Assembly (NCBI GenBank): GCA_003221005.1
Contig: QHTZ01000057.1
Coordinates: forward strand, 1-45,526
Origin: Gemmatimonadota bacterium
GTDB taxonomy: Bacteria > Gemmatimonadota > Gemmatimonadetes > Gemmatimonadales > GWC2-71-9
Direction: 5' to 3'
Length of the DNA: 45,526 nucleotides
The position numbers were made by a program, and so were the translations under genes. The notes under the pieces are model-generated. The model was given only the letters and a program-made list of their open reading frames with translations. It did not search any database and had not been told where the DNA came from. Every line of letters starts with the position of its first letter. The stretch's first letter is position 1. This document shows, in pieces, positions 17,932-28,364 of this stretch.

Positions 17932-19001
17932 TCGATCTCTCGCTCCTCCCCGACGGGGGCATGAGCTGGCTCGACGCTTCGGGGCCGAAGGGCAGCATCG
18001 TGCTCTCCACCAGGATCCGGCTCGCGCGCAACCTCCAGGGCTATGCCTTCAGCCAGCGCGCGCGCGACGGCGATCGCAGCGCCGTCCTGACGCGGGTGGA
18101 GGAGGCGGTGGCGGCGAGCGACCACCTGTCGGGGGCCGTCACCTTCCGACTGGACCAATTGGAGCGGGCCGACCGGCAGCTGCTGCACGAGCGGCACCTG
18201 GTCTCGAAAGAGCTCGCCGGGCTGGACCGGGAGGCACGGCCCCGGCCGGGCGCCGCGCTGCTGGTCCGCGGGCCGGTGGGTGTGATGGTCAACGAGGAGG
18301 ATCACCTGCGGCTCCACGGCATGCGCTCGGGCTTCGCGCTGGAGGAGGCGTATGTCGATTTGGAAGCGGCGGATGCGGACTTGGGGCGGCTGCTGCCTTT
18401 CGCGTTTCACCCGGAATTTGGCTATCTTACCTCCTGCCCCACCAACGCCGGGACCGGGCTCAGGGCGAGCGTGCTTATCCACTTACCGGGCCTCGTCTTG
18501 ACGAAGGAAATCGGGAAGGTGCTCCAGGGCCTCTCGCAGGTGGGCCTCACGTTTCGGGGCCTGTACGGGGAGGGGAGCGAGGTCGTCGGGAACTTCTTTC
18601 AGTTATCGAATCAGACGACCTTGGGGAAGTCCGAAGAGGAGCTGCTCGATCACCTGGGCAAGATTGTCCGGCAGGTGATCGAATACGAAGAGCAGGCGCG
18701 CGAAGTGTTGCTGCGGGATCACGAGGCGATCATCGCCGACAAGATCTGGCGGGCGTTCGGGACCCTTAAGTTCGCGCGCAGCATTTCGTTCGAAGAGACG
18801 ATGAACCTGCTGAGCGGCGTCCGGTTGGGGGCGGGCTTGAATCTGATCCCGGGACTGAGTGTATACACGTTGAACAAGCTGCTGATTTTCACCCAGCCCG
18901 CGCATCTGGCCGCGCTCGAGGGTCGCTCGACGGGCGACCCGGAACTGCCCACGGTGCGCGCGACGTATGTGCGGCGGGTCCTCGAGGCAGAGGCGGGCTA
19001 G
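17928..19001 (+). CDS. mcsB: Protein arginine kinase
   Basis: STRIRLARN, NEEDHLR, SCPTNAGTGLRAS, RGLYGEG, SNQTTLG. Confidence 0.95.
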   Translation: MIDLSLLPDGGMSWLDASGPKGSIVLSTRIRLARNLQGYAFSQRARDGDRSAVLTRVEEAVAASDHLSGAVTFRLDQLERADRQLLHERHLVSKELAGLDREARPRPGAALLVRGPVGVMVNEEDHLRLHGMRSGFALEEAYVDLEAADADLGRLLPFAFHPEFGYLTSCPTNAGTGLRASVLIHLPGLVLTKEIGKVLQGLSQVGLTFRGLYGEGSEVVGNFFQLSNQTTLGKSEEELLDHLGKIVRQVIEYEEQAREVLLRDHEAIIADKIWRAFGTLKFARSISFEETMNLLSGVRLGAGLNLIPGLSVYTLNKLLIFTQPAHLAALEGRSTGDPELPTVRATYVRRVLEAEAG

Positions 19002-19009
19002 GAGCTGGC

Positions 19010-21490
19010 ATGAACGGGTACAACTTCACGGATCGTGTGCGCAAAGTCCTTCAGATGGCGCGGGAGGAGGCGGCGCGCCTGCACCACGAATACGTGGGGA
19101 CCGAGCACATTCTCCTGGGGCTGATCCGTGAGGGTGAGGGCGTCGCCGCCGCCGTGCTCACCAACTTGAACGTCGATCTCGAAGAGATCCAGCAGAAGAT
19201 CGAAGAGACGGTGAAGAAGGGGAAGGCGGCCGCTGCTGCCGGCCCGGACCTGCCGTACACGTCGCGCGCCAAGAAGGTCCTCGAGCTCGCCATGAGCGAA
19301 GCGCGCGAGCTGAACCACTCCTATGTCGGGACCGAGCATCTGTTGCTCGGGTTGCTGCGCGAGGAGAAGGGCATTGCCGCGCAGGTCCTGACCGACGCGG
19401 GTGTGAACCTCGAGCAGGCGCGGGCGGAGACGCTGCGGCTGCTTGGGAGCGAGATGCCGTCCGCGCCGGCCTCCGGCGTCTCCGGGAGTCAGCCGGCCCA
19501 GCCCAAGAGCGAGAAGAAGTCCAAGACGCCGGCGCTCGACCACTTCTGCCGCGACCTGACGCAGCTCGCGGCGGAAGGCCAGCTCGATCCCACGATCGGG
19601 CGGCAAAAGGAGATCGAGCGGGTGATGGAGATCCTGTCGCGCCGCAAGAAGAACAACCCGGTGCTGATCGGGGAGCCCGGAGTGGGCAAGACCGCGATCG
19701 TCGAAGGACTGGCGCAGCTCATCGCCAGCGGCCAATGCCCGGATGCCCTCAAGGATCACCGCGTCCTGTCGCTCGACATGGCGGCGGTGATCGCGGGGAC
19801 GAAGTACCGCGGTCAGTTCGAGGAACGGCTCAAGGCGATCATCAACGAGATCGCGCAGAACCGGAACATCATCCTCTTCATCGACGAGTTGCACACCCTG
19901 GTGGGCGCGGGCGCGGCGGAAGGGGCGGTGGACGCCTCCAACATGCTGAAGCCGGCGCTGGCGCGCGGCGAGCTCCAGTGCGTGGGCGCCTCGACCCTGA
20001 ACGAGTATCGCAAGTACATCGAGAAGGACGGCGCGCTGGAGCGCCGCTTCCAGACGGTGATTGTCGATCCGCCCAGCGTGGACGAGACGATCGAGATCCT
20101 CAAGGGCCTGCGGAAGCGCTACGAGGAGCATCACCGAGTGGTGATTCCCGACGACTCCCTCGAGTCGGCCGCGAAGCTGTCGGAGCGCTACATCACCGAC
20201 CGCTTCCTGCCAGACAAGGCCATCGACGTCATCGACGAAGCGGGTGCGCGGGCGCGCCTCGCGACCCAGGTGCCTCCCCCCGAGGTCGCCGCCCTGAAGC
20301 AGAAGCTGGAGCAGATCAACGGCGAAAAGGAGGCCGCGGTCCGCGACCAGAACTTCGAGCGGGCGGCCGGCCTGCGCGACCAGGAGCGCGAGCTCCAGGC
20401 CGACATCCGGCGCAAGCAGGAACAGTGGGAAAAGGAGCGCCAGACGCACCGGCCGACGATCAACGAGGAAGGCGTGGCCTTCATCGTCTCGCGCTGGACG
20501 GGGATTCCGGTCACGCGCCTCCGGGAGGCGGAGACCGCGCGGCTGCTGCGGATGGAAGACGAGCTGCACCAGACGGTTGTGGGGCAGGACGAGGCGATCA
20601 CCGTGATCTCCAAGGCCATCCGCCGCAGCCGGGCGGGCCTCAAGGATCCCAAGCGCCCCATCGGCTCGTTCATCTTCTCGGGCCCGACGGGCGTGGGGAA
20701 GACCGAGCTGGCCCGGGCGCTGGCGCGCTTCCTGTTCGCCGACACGAACGCCCTGATCCGGGTCGACATGTCGGAGTACATGGAGAAGTTTTCCGTGAGC
20801 CGGCTGATCGGCGCGCCTCCCGGGTACGTCGGCTATGAAGACTCGGGCACGCTGACGAAGGCGGTGCGCCGCAAGCCGTACTCCGTCGTCCTGCTCGACG
20901 AGATCGAGAAGGCCCATCCCGACGTCTTCAACATCCTGCTCCAGGTGTTGGACGAAGGGCACCTGACGGACAATTACGGGCGGGTGATCGACTTCAAGAA
21001 CAGCGTCGTCATCATGACCTCGAACGTCGGCGCGCGGGACATGGTCAAGAACAAGGCGCTGGGCTTCGCGCAGCCGGACCCCCGGGCGACGTTCGAGAAG
21101 CTCGCGGAAAAGGTCAAAGACGAGATCAACAAGACCTTCAATCCCGAGTTCCTGAATCGCCTGGACGACGTCATCGTCTTCCACCCCCTCACCCGGGAGC
21201 ACATCGCCCAGATCGTCGCGATCCTGCTCAAGGATGTTCAGAAGCGGCTGGGGGAGGAAGAGCTCACATTGCGGCTCACGCCCGCCGGCAGCGACTTCCT
21301 CGTCGAGCGCGGCTACGACGAGCATTACGGGGCCCGGCCGCTCAAGCGCGCGATCCAGAAGTTCGTGGAGGACCCGCTTTCGGAGAAGATCCTGGTCGGC
21401 GAGTTCGCGCGGGGCGACGAGATCGAAGTCGACGTGGCCCCGGACAAGGAACGGTTGGCGTTCCGCGCGCTCTCCGGCTCGAAGGCGTGA
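19010..21490 (+). CDS. clpC: ATP-dependent Clp protease ATP-binding subunit ClpC
   Basis: Two Clp-N repeats (YVGTEH), GEPGVGKT and GPTGVGKT Walker A motifs, UVR middle domain, LGF ClpP-binding loop. Confidence 0.96.
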   Translation: MNGYNFTDRVRKVLQMAREEAARLHHEYVGTEHILLGLIREGEGVAAAVLTNLNVDLEEIQQKIEETVKKGKAAAAAGPDLPYTSRAKKVLELAMSEARELNHSYVGTEHLLLGLLREEKGIAAQVLTDAGVNLEQARAETLRLLGSEMPSAPASGVSGSQPAQPKSEKKSKTPALDHFCRDLTQLAAEGQLDPTIGRQKEIERVMEILSRRKKNNPVLIGEPGVGKTAIVEGLAQLIASGQCPDALKDHRVLSLDMAAVIAGTKYRGQFEERLKAIINEIAQNRNIILFIDELHTLVGAGAAEGAVDASNMLKPALARGELQCVGASTLNEYRKYIEKDGALERRFQTVIVDPPSVDETIEILKGLRKRYEEHHRVVIPDDSLESAAKLSERYITDRFLPDKAIDVIDEAGARARLATQVPPPEVAALKQKLEQINGEKEAAVRDQNFERAAGLRDQERELQADIRRKQEQWEKERQTHRPTINEEGVAFIVSRWTGIPVTRLREAETARLLRMEDELHQTVVGQDEAITVISKAIRRSRAGLKDPKRPIGSFIFSGPTGVGKTELARALARFLFADTNALIRVDMSEYMEKFSVSRLIGAPPGYVGYEDSGTLTKAVRRKPYSVVLLDEIEKAHPDVFNILLQVLDEGHLTDNYGRVIDFKNSVVIMTSNVGARDMVKNKALGFAQPDPRATFEKLAEKVKDEINKTFNPEFLNRLDDVIVFHPLTREHIAQIVAILLKDVQKRLGEEELTLRLTPAGSDFLVERGYDEHYGARPLKRAIQKFVEDPLSEKILVGEFARGDEIEVDVAPDKERLAFRALSGSKA

Positions 21491-23889
21491 ACCGCCCGCT
21501 CTCCTTCGCCATCGTCGTGGGTGCCGTCGTGCTCGCCCCGCGTCCCTGCGGCGCGCAGCGCGCGGCCGCCTTCCGTCCCGACTCGGTGGTCGTGCGGGGG
21601 CTCCACCGCGTAACGCCGGCGCAAGCGTTGGAGACGAGCGGGCTCACCGCGGGGCGGGCCGTCGGGTACCGGGACATCCAGCGCGCGATCCAGGCCCTGT
21701 ACGCCACGCAGCTGTACGCCGACGTGCGGGTCTTGCAGCAAGTTGCCGGCGGTCGCCAGCTCCTCATACTGCAGCTCCGGGAGAACCCCCTTCTCGTGAA
21801 GTGGGCGCTCCGCGGTGTGGTACGGCTCTCCGAGAGCAGCGTCCGGGCGAAGGTGCAGCTCGTCGAGGGGGGCGCCCTCCGGCCTGCCGCCGTGGTGCGC
21901 GCCGCCGGGCGGATCGACTCGCTGTATCGGGCGCAGGGCTACTATCTCGCCACTGTGCGAACGCTGCGCATTTACGACACCGATTCGACCCGCGTACGGA
22001 TCGTCTTCGACGTGGACGAGGGCCGCCGCGTGGCCGTGTCGCAGGTCGATATCCAGGGCAACACGCACTTCGGTGACGGTGAGCTGGTCGGGCAGATGAA
22101 GACCAAGCCGGAGGGGTTCTGGTGGTTCCGCGGCGGCGCCTACGACGACGACAAGCTGCGAGAGGACCTGCTGGTGCGGCTGCCGAAGTTTTACGGCGAT
22201 CGCGGCTTCGTCGACTTTCAGGTGCTGAAGGATACGCTGCTCGTCAACGACAGCACTGGGAAGGCGACGCTAGTCGTGCAGGTGAGCGAGGGCGAACCGC
22301 GGCGCGTCGGCACCTTCGAGATCGTCGGCAACCGGCGGTTCTCGACCGAGCAACTGGAAGCCCTGTATCCCTTCAAGAGCGGGGCGCACACCGGCGTGCT
22401 CGGCCTCGGGGGAGCGCGCGCCGGCGTCCCTTATTTCAGCCGGGAGAAGTGGGACAACGCGACCCGCGAGGTACAGACGCTCTACTTCAACAGCGGCTAC
22501 ATCTACATGAGCCTGCGGTCCGGCGTCGCGCGGCGGACCGACTCGGACGGGAAGCCGGTGGTCGACTTGCGGTGGGTGCTGAACGAGGCGCAGCCGGCCA
22601 TCGTCAACAAGGTGGAGATCGTCGGCAACGACGTCACGCGCGAGCGGGTGATCCGTGACGCGATCGTCGTCCTGCCGGGCGATGTGTTCCGGCAGGACGC
22701 GCTGATCCGCTCGTACCAGAACATCTCCAACCTCGGCTTCTTCGAGCAGCCGCTGCCGTTCCCGGACACGCGACCCGCCAATGAGCAGGGCGACATCGAC
22801 ATCGTCTTCCGGGTGACCGAGAAGCACACGGGCCAGGTCAACTTCGGGGCCTCCCTCGGCCAGGGCACGGGTCTCGGCGGGTTCATCGGGCTCGAAGAAC
22901 CGAACCTGATCGGCAAGGGGAAGAAGGGCCGCTTTCAGTGGCAGTTCGGCCAGAACATCAACCAGTTCGACCTGTCGTACACCGACCCCGCGCTGCGGCA
23001 ATCCCGCATCTCCGGCACGCTCAACGTGCACGACTATCGAGTGCGATACCAGATCTCCAACCTCGGCACGCTCAAGACGCGCGGCTCGAGCCTCCAATTC
23101 GGCATTCCCGCGTTGGGCGACCGCTACACGCGACTGTTCCTCTCGTACGCCCTGGACCTCCAGACCTTCACGGGCTCGAGTTCGAGCGCCCGGCTGGCGG
23201 CCTTGTACAGCTGCAACGAGTGTTTGCGCTCCACCCTCGGCGCCTCCCTGATGCGGGACACCCGCATCGACATGCCTTTCCCGACCGCCGGGACCGTCCA
23301 CCAGGTAGGGATCTCGCAGAGCGGTGGCCCGCTCGGCGGCACCGGGGACTTCCAGCGCGTCGATCTCGAGGGGCACTGGTACGCGCCCCTCGGTCAAATC
23401 GGCGCGCGGGGGAAGGGGCAGCTCAAGTTCGTGCTGGCGCTCGCGGCACGCTCCGGATTCGTGTTCGGCAACGCGCCGTTCGTGAACCAGCTCTTCACGA
23501 TGGGCGGCACCCAGTTCGGAATCCCGCTGCGCGGCTACGACGAGTTCTCGATCACGCCCACCGGGTACGACCCCAACGCGAGCAGCGGCGTGGCAAGCGC
23601 GGGAGCGTTCGGGAAGGCGTTTTTCAGCATGACGGGCGAGGCTGGCGTACGGGTCTCGCAGATGCTCTACCTGGACGTGTTCTCCGACGCGGGGAACGTG
23701 TGGGCCCGGGCTTCGGAATTCGACCCAAGCCACCTGTTCCGAAGCGCGGGGGTCGGGGTAAGTGTCGTCTCGCCCCTCGGTCCCATCGGGATCGACTTTG
23801 CGTACGGGTTCGACCGCACGGACCTGCTCGGACGGCCGGCACCGGGCTGGAAGCTGCACTTCAGACTCGGTAACGTCCTCTTCCAATAA
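21487..23889 (+). CDS. bamA: Outer membrane protein assembly factor BamA
   Basis: Signal peptide, POTRA repeats (IQGNTHF, IVGNRRF, IVGNDVT), LRGY lid motif, SPLGPIGIDFAYG. Confidence 0.93.
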   Translation: MNRPLSFAIVVGAVVLAPRPCGAQRAAAFRPDSVVVRGLHRVTPAQALETSGLTAGRAVGYRDIQRAIQALYATQLYADVRVLQQVAGGRQLLILQLRENPLLVKWALRGVVRLSESSVRAKVQLVEGGALRPAAVVRAAGRIDSLYRAQGYYLATVRTLRIYDTDSTRVRIVFDVDEGRRVAVSQVDIQGNTHFGDGELVGQMKTKPEGFWWFRGGAYDDDKLREDLLVRLPKFYGDRGFVDFQVLKDTLLVNDSTGKATLVVQVSEGEPRRVGTFEIVGNRRFSTEQLEALYPFKSGAHTGVLGLGGARAGVPYFSREKWDNATREVQTLYFNSGYIYMSLRSGVARRTDSDGKPVVDLRWVLNEAQPAIVNKVEIVGNDVTRERVIRDAIVVLPGDVFRQDALIRSYQNISNLGFFEQPLPFPDTRPANEQGDIDIVFRVTEKHTGQVNFGASLGQGTGLGGFIGLEEPNLIGKGKKGRFQWQFGQNINQFDLSYTDPALRQSRISGTLNVHDYRVRYQISNLGTLKTRGSSLQFGIPALGDRYTRLFLSYALDLQTFTGSSSSARLAALYSCNECLRSTLGASLMRDTRIDMPFPTAGTVHQVGISQSGGPLGGTGDFQRVDLEGHWYAPLGQIGARGKGQLKFVLALAARSGFVFGNAPFVNQLFTMGGTQFGIPLRGYDEFSITPTGYDPNASSGVASAGAFGKAFFSMTGEAGVRVSQMLYLDVFSDAGNVWARASEFDPSHLFRSAGVGVSVVSPLGPIGIDFAYGFDRTDLLGRPAPGWKLHFRLGNVLFQ

Positions 23890-23951
23890 CTCCGGAGTCG
23901 GCGGCCATTGAACGGCCGCTCGGGACCGGCTCGGTTCGACGGGAGACACTT

Positions 23952-24482
23952 ATGAATCGTGCAGTCGGCGTATGGATGTGGCTCGGGTTCCTCGGCGCGT
24001 ACCCGGTGGCGGCCCAAAGCACCGGCCCCATGCTCAAAATCGGCTTCATCAATTCGCGGCAGGTGATGTCGCAGACACCCGGGTACCAGGCTGCCGAGTC
24101 AACGTTCAACCGCGAGCTCCAAGGCTACCGCAACGAGGTGCAAAAGCTCGCAGCTCAGCTCGATTCCGCCCGGCAGGCGCTCGACCAGCAGTCGATCGCC
24201 CTGTCGCCCGCCATCAAACAGACGAAGCAAAAGGAGCTCCAGGAGCGACAGCAGCGGCTCGAGCAGCGCTCCAACGAGCTGCAGCAGAAGGCGCAGCAGC
24301 GCGAACAGGAACTGTTGCAGCCGATTCAGGCGCGGATCAACGCCGTGATCCAGGGCCTGCGGGCCGAGGGTAACTACGCGGTCATCTTCGACGCCGACGC
24401 TCCAGGGAGCAACATCATCGCCGCCGACCCATCGCTCGACGTCACGAGCAAGGTTCTAGCGCGGCTGAAGCAGAGCCAGTAG
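23952..24482 (+). CDS. skp: Skp/OmpH periplasmic chaperone
   Basis: KIGFINS, Gln-rich coiled coil, YAVIFD, LDVTSKVL; lies between bamA and lpxD. Confidence 0.9.
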   Translation: MNRAVGVWMWLGFLGAYPVAAQSTGPMLKIGFINSRQVMSQTPGYQAAESTFNRELQGYRNEVQKLAAQLDSARQALDQQSIALSPAIKQTKQKELQERQQRLEQRSNELQQKAQQREQELLQPIQARINAVIQGLRAEGNYAVIFDADAPGSNIIAADPSLDVTSKVLARLKQSQ

Positions 24483-24491
24483 GGGAGGGCC

Positions 24492-25544
24492 GTGAGCGCG
24501 GCGGGCGCGCGGCGCGTCACCGCGGGAGAGCTCGCCGCCCTGACCGGTGGGCGCCTCGTCGGCGCGGCGGACGTCGCGGTGCACGGCATTGCGCCGCTCG
24601 ACCGGGCCGGTCCCGGCGACCTGTCGTTTCTTGCCAGCAAGCGCTATCTCCCCTTCTTCCAACAGTCGAAAGCCGCCGTCGTGCTCTGCAAGCCGCAGTT
24701 CGCCGCCGAGGCGAGCGGGCCCCCCTGCCGCGTGGTCGTCCCCGATCCGCACGTCGCGCTCGTCGCGGTGATTCCCGTGCTGTATCCCCAACCGGTGTGG
24801 GAGCCCGGGGTCCATCGCACGGCGGTGATCGGCCGCGCGAGCGCGTGGGAGGATCCCGTCGCGATCGGTCCCCACGTCGTGTTGGGGGAGCGGGTCCGCC
24901 TGGGCAAGAACGTGCGCCTCGGCGCGGGCTGCGTGGTGGGCGACGGCGTCGAGATCGGGGACGACGCGCTATTCTATCCGCATGTCGTGTGTTACAGCGG
25001 CACGATCGTGGGGAACCGGGTGATCCTCCATGCGGGGGTGCGGCTCGGGAGCGACGGGTTCGGCTACGTTCCGGGGAAGAACGGCGAGCTGCCGCAAAAG
25101 ATCCCGCAGGTCGGGCGCTGTATCATCAGGGACGATGTCGAGGTCGGGGCGAACACCACGATTGACCGCGGCAGCGTGGACGACACCGTCATCGGTCCCG
25201 GGACCAAGATCGACAACCTGGTGCAGGTGGGCCACAACGTGCGCATCGGCGCCCGCTGTCTCGTGGCAGGGCAGGCGGGGATCGCGGGGAGCACGCACGT
25301 CGGAGACGACGTGTTCCTGGCCGGCCAGGCGGGGGTCGCCGACCACGTGACGATCGGGCGCGGCGCGCGGGTCACGGTGCAGGGCGGCGTGATCGGCGAC
25401 ATCGAGCCGGGCGCGACCGTGTCGGGGTATCCGGCGCGCAGCCACCGTGAGTTCCTGCGGGCGCAGGGCGCGCTCTACCGCTTGGTGCGGGTCGTCGACG
25501 AGCTCGAGGCGCTGGTGCGCGCGACCGATGAATCCCAACGCTAG
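24492..25544 (+). CDS. lpxD: UDP-3-O-acyl-glucosamine N-acyltransferase
   Basis: Hexapeptide repeats; GSDGFGY, GANTTIDRG, TKIDNLVQVGHNV. Confidence 0.96.
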   Translation: MSAAGARRVTAGELAALTGGRLVGAADVAVHGIAPLDRAGPGDLSFLASKRYLPFFQQSKAAVVLCKPQFAAEASGPPCRVVVPDPHVALVAVIPVLYPQPVWEPGVHRTAVIGRASAWEDPVAIGPHVVLGERVRLGKNVRLGAGCVVGDGVEIGDDALFYPHVVCYSGTIVGNRVILHAGVRLGSDGFGYVPGKNGELPQKIPQVGRCIIRDDVEVGANTTIDRGSVDDTVIGPGTKIDNLVQVGHNVRIGARCLVAGQAGIAGSTHVGDDVFLAGQAGVADHVTIGRGARVTVQGGVIGDIEPGATVSGYPARSHREFLRAQGALYRLVRVVDELEALVRATDESQR

Positions 25545-26714
25545 GCGGTCCATCGGCCGCAAGGTCTCCCTCCGAGGCACCGGCCTCCACACCGGGGTCG
25601 CGTCCGAGGCCACCTTCCTCCCGGCGGCTGCGGGGCAGGGGATCATCTTCCGGCGCGTCGACCTCAAGGGGAAACCGGAGCTCCCCGCGCGCCTCACGGA
25701 GGTCGAGGCGGTCGAGCGGCGCACCGCGATCCGGCACGGCGAATCCACGATCCACACCGTCGCCAGGCGCTCGCGGAGGCGGGGCCCGTCGAGGTGGGTG
25801 GCGAGCCGGTGGTGCTGAGGGTGCAGGCGCCGTTCACGGTGACGGAAGAGGACTGCGCGTACGTCGTGGCGCCGGCCAAGGAGTTCCGCCTGACGGTCAC
25901 GATCGAGTGGCCGCATCCCCTCATCGGGCGCCAGGCCGGGAGCTACGACGTGACGCCCGAGGTGTTCGCGCGCGAGCTCGCGCCGGCGCGCACGTTCGGC
26001 TTCACGAGCGAGATCGCCGACCTCCAGGCAAAGGGGCTCATCAAGGGCGCGTCGCAGGCGAGCGCCATCCTGCTCGACGACCGGGCCATCGTGAACGGCG
26101 GCAAGCTTCGCTGGCCGGACGAGTTCGTGCGGCACAAGGCGGTCGACGTCATCGGCGACCTGGCGCTCACCGGTGCCCGCATCCGCGCGCACGTCATTGC
26201 CACCCGACCGAGCCACAAGGGCAACGTTGCCTTGGCGCGCGCCCTGTCGCGCGCCGCGAAGCGGGCGGGCCCGCCCAAGATGGACATCGGGCGGATCATG
26301 GACGTGCTCCCCCATCGCTATCCGTTCCTGCTCGTGGACCGGATCATCGAGATCGAAGGACAGCAGCGCATCGTCGGCATCAAGAACGTCACGATCAACG
26401 AGCAGTTCTTCCAGGGCCATTTCCCCGGTCATCCCATCATGCCGGGTGTGCTCATCATCGAGGCGATGGCGCAGGTGGGTGGGATGCTGCTCATGACCCA
26501 CTTCGAGGGGCAGAACGTGGAGGACAAGGTCGTCTACTTCATGTCGCTCGACAACGTGAAGTTCCGCCGGCCCGTGGTTCCGGGAGACCAGATCCGCTTC
26601 GAGCTGGAGATGCTGCAATTCCGGGGCAGGACCTGCCGCATGAAGGGTGTGGGGTACGTTGACGGCCAGGTGGTGGCGGAGGCGGAGATGATGGCCATGG
26701 TCACCGACCGGTGA
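25528..26714 (+). pseudogene. lpxC: Bifunctional LpxC-FabZ with a frameshifting deletion at ~25762 (FabZ domain intact from ~26280)
   Basis: GTGLHTG, GIIFRRVDL ... IHTV, then a frame change to QALAEAG..., LAPARTFG, EFVRHKAVDVIGDL, then LPHRYPFLLVD, FQGHFPGHPIMPGV. The TVEH..DGS segment is absent. Confidence 0.85.
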
Positions 26715-27390
26715 TTCACCGCACCGCGCTCGTCGATCCCACGGCGCATTGATCGAGCGCAACGCGAAGCTCGGCACGGGCGTGAAGGTCGGGTACGGAA
26801 CCGTGATCGGCAACGACCCGCAGGACCTCAAGTACGAGGGGGCGGAGACCTGGGTCGAGATCGGCGATGGCACCGTCCTGCGCGAGTACTGCACGATCAA
26901 CCGGGGGACGGCGGCCACGGGGAAGACGACGGTGGGCGAGCGCTGCTTCCTGATGTCGTACGTGCACGTCGCACACGACTGTGCGATCGGCAACGACGTG
27001 ATCATCGCGAACGCGGTGCAGATGGCCGGTCACGTGACGGTGGAGGACCGCGCCATCATCAGCGGGCTCATCGGGATCCACCAGTTCGTGCGCATCGGGA
27101 CGTTCGCGTTCGTGGGTGGCGGGTCCCGGGTGAACCAGGACGTGCCGCCCTACACCAAGGCGGTGGGCAACCCGGTGCATCTGTACGGGCTCAATTCGGT
27201 GGGCTTGCAGCGGGCCGGGTTCGCGCCGGAGGTGAAGCTGGCGCTGAAGCGCGCCTACCGGCTGCTGTTCAACTCCGACCTGACCGTGAGCCAGGGGATC
27301 GCGCGGGCTCGTTCCGAGCTGCCGAGCGTCCCCGAGATCGAGCACTTCCTCCGGTTCATCGAGGGCTCCCAGCGAGGGGTGCTGGTGTGA
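26711..27390 (+). pseudogene. lpxA: UDP-N-acetylglucosamine O-acyltransferase with a frameshifting deletion at ~26745-26749
   Basis: GTG 26711 gives MIHRTALVDPTAH then TGA; another frame gives LIERNAKLG..PQDLKY, REYCTINRGT, HVAHDC, HQFVRIG, QDVPPY, GLNSVGL. Several hexapeptide repeats are missing. Confidence 0.85.
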
Positions 27391-28364
27391 CGGGGGGGCC
27401 GGTGCGCGTAGGGGTCGTCGGCACCGGAGCCCTGGGCTATCACCATGTGCGGCTGCTGCGGCGACTGCCGGGCGCCGAGCTGGTGGGGATCTACGACATC
27501 AATCCGGCGCGGGCCGCCCAGGTGGCGGGTGAGCTGGAAACGGTCGCCTACCCCTCGCTCGACGCACTGCTCGATCGCGTCGCAGCGGTGACGGTGGCGG
27601 TGCCTACGCCGGCCCACACCAGTGTGGGGCTGGCGGTGCTGGAGCGGGGCCGGGGCCTGCTGATGGAGAAGCCCCTGGCGGACTCGGTCGCGGGCGCGGA
27701 GCAGCTGGTGCAGCGCGCCGCCGCCGCGCAGGCCGTGCTCCAGGTCGGGCACGTGGAGCGGTTCAACCGCGCAGTGCGCGCCGCCGCGCCGTACCTCGAG
27801 GAGCCGCGGTTCCTCCAGACCGAGCGCCTGGCCCCGTTCCAACCGCGCGGCACCGACGTGGCGGTGATCCTCGACCTCATGATCCACGACCTCGATCTCG
27901 TGCTCGAGCTCGTCCGCTCGGACGTGACCGACGTGCGGGCGACCGGGGTCGCGATTCTCACGCCCCACGTGGACATCGCAAACGCGCGGGTCGAGTTCTC
28001 CAACGGCGCGGTCGCGAACGTCACCGCGAGCCGGGTCTCGCGCGAGCGCACCCGCAAGCTCCGGATCTTCCAGCACACCGGCTACTTCTCCCTCGACTTG
28101 GCGCAGGGCCGCGGCGACTTCTATCGCCTGAAGCCGGGCTGGCAGTCACTCGGCGCGACGACGCTCGAAGCCATCGTCGAGCACGTCCCGCTTCAGGCCT
28201 CCGAGGCAGAGCCGCTCCGGCTCGAGCTCGAGAGCTTCGTCCGCGCGGTGCGCGGCGAGGGCGAGGTGGTCGTATCGGGGGCCGCCGGGGCGCAGGCCCT
28301 GGCGCTGGCCTTCCGGGTCGCCGACGCAGTTCAGGCCTCGCCGCTCGCCGCGGCGCGACCGTGA
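27387..28364 (+). CDS. Gfo/Idh/MocA oxidoreductase, GnnA-like (UDP-GlcNAc 3-dehydrogenase)
   Basis: GTGALG, EKP, QVGHVERFN, DVAVILDLMIHDLD, ASRVS; lies between lpxA and lpxB. Confidence 0.85.
   Translation: MTGGPVRVGVVGTGALGYHHVRLLRRLPGAELVGIYDINPARAAQVAGELETVAYPSLDALLDRVAAVTVAVPTPAHTSVGLAVLERGRGLLMEKPLADSVAGAEQLVQRAAAAQAVLQVGHVERFNRAVRAAAPYLEEPRFLQTERLAPFQPRGTDVAVILDLMIHDLDLVLELVRSDVTDVRATGVAILTPHVDIANARVEFSNGAVANVTASRVSRERTRKLRIFQHTGYFSLDLAQGRGDFYRLKPGWQSLGATTLEAIVEHVPLQASEAEPLRLELESFVRAVRGEGEVVVSGAAGAQALALAFRVADAVQASPLAAARP

Noticed and set aside
25755-26752. Programmed frameshifting or TGA recoding to rescue lpxC and lpxA
   Set aside because: Conserved sequence is physically missing at both junctions, so recoding cannot restore it.
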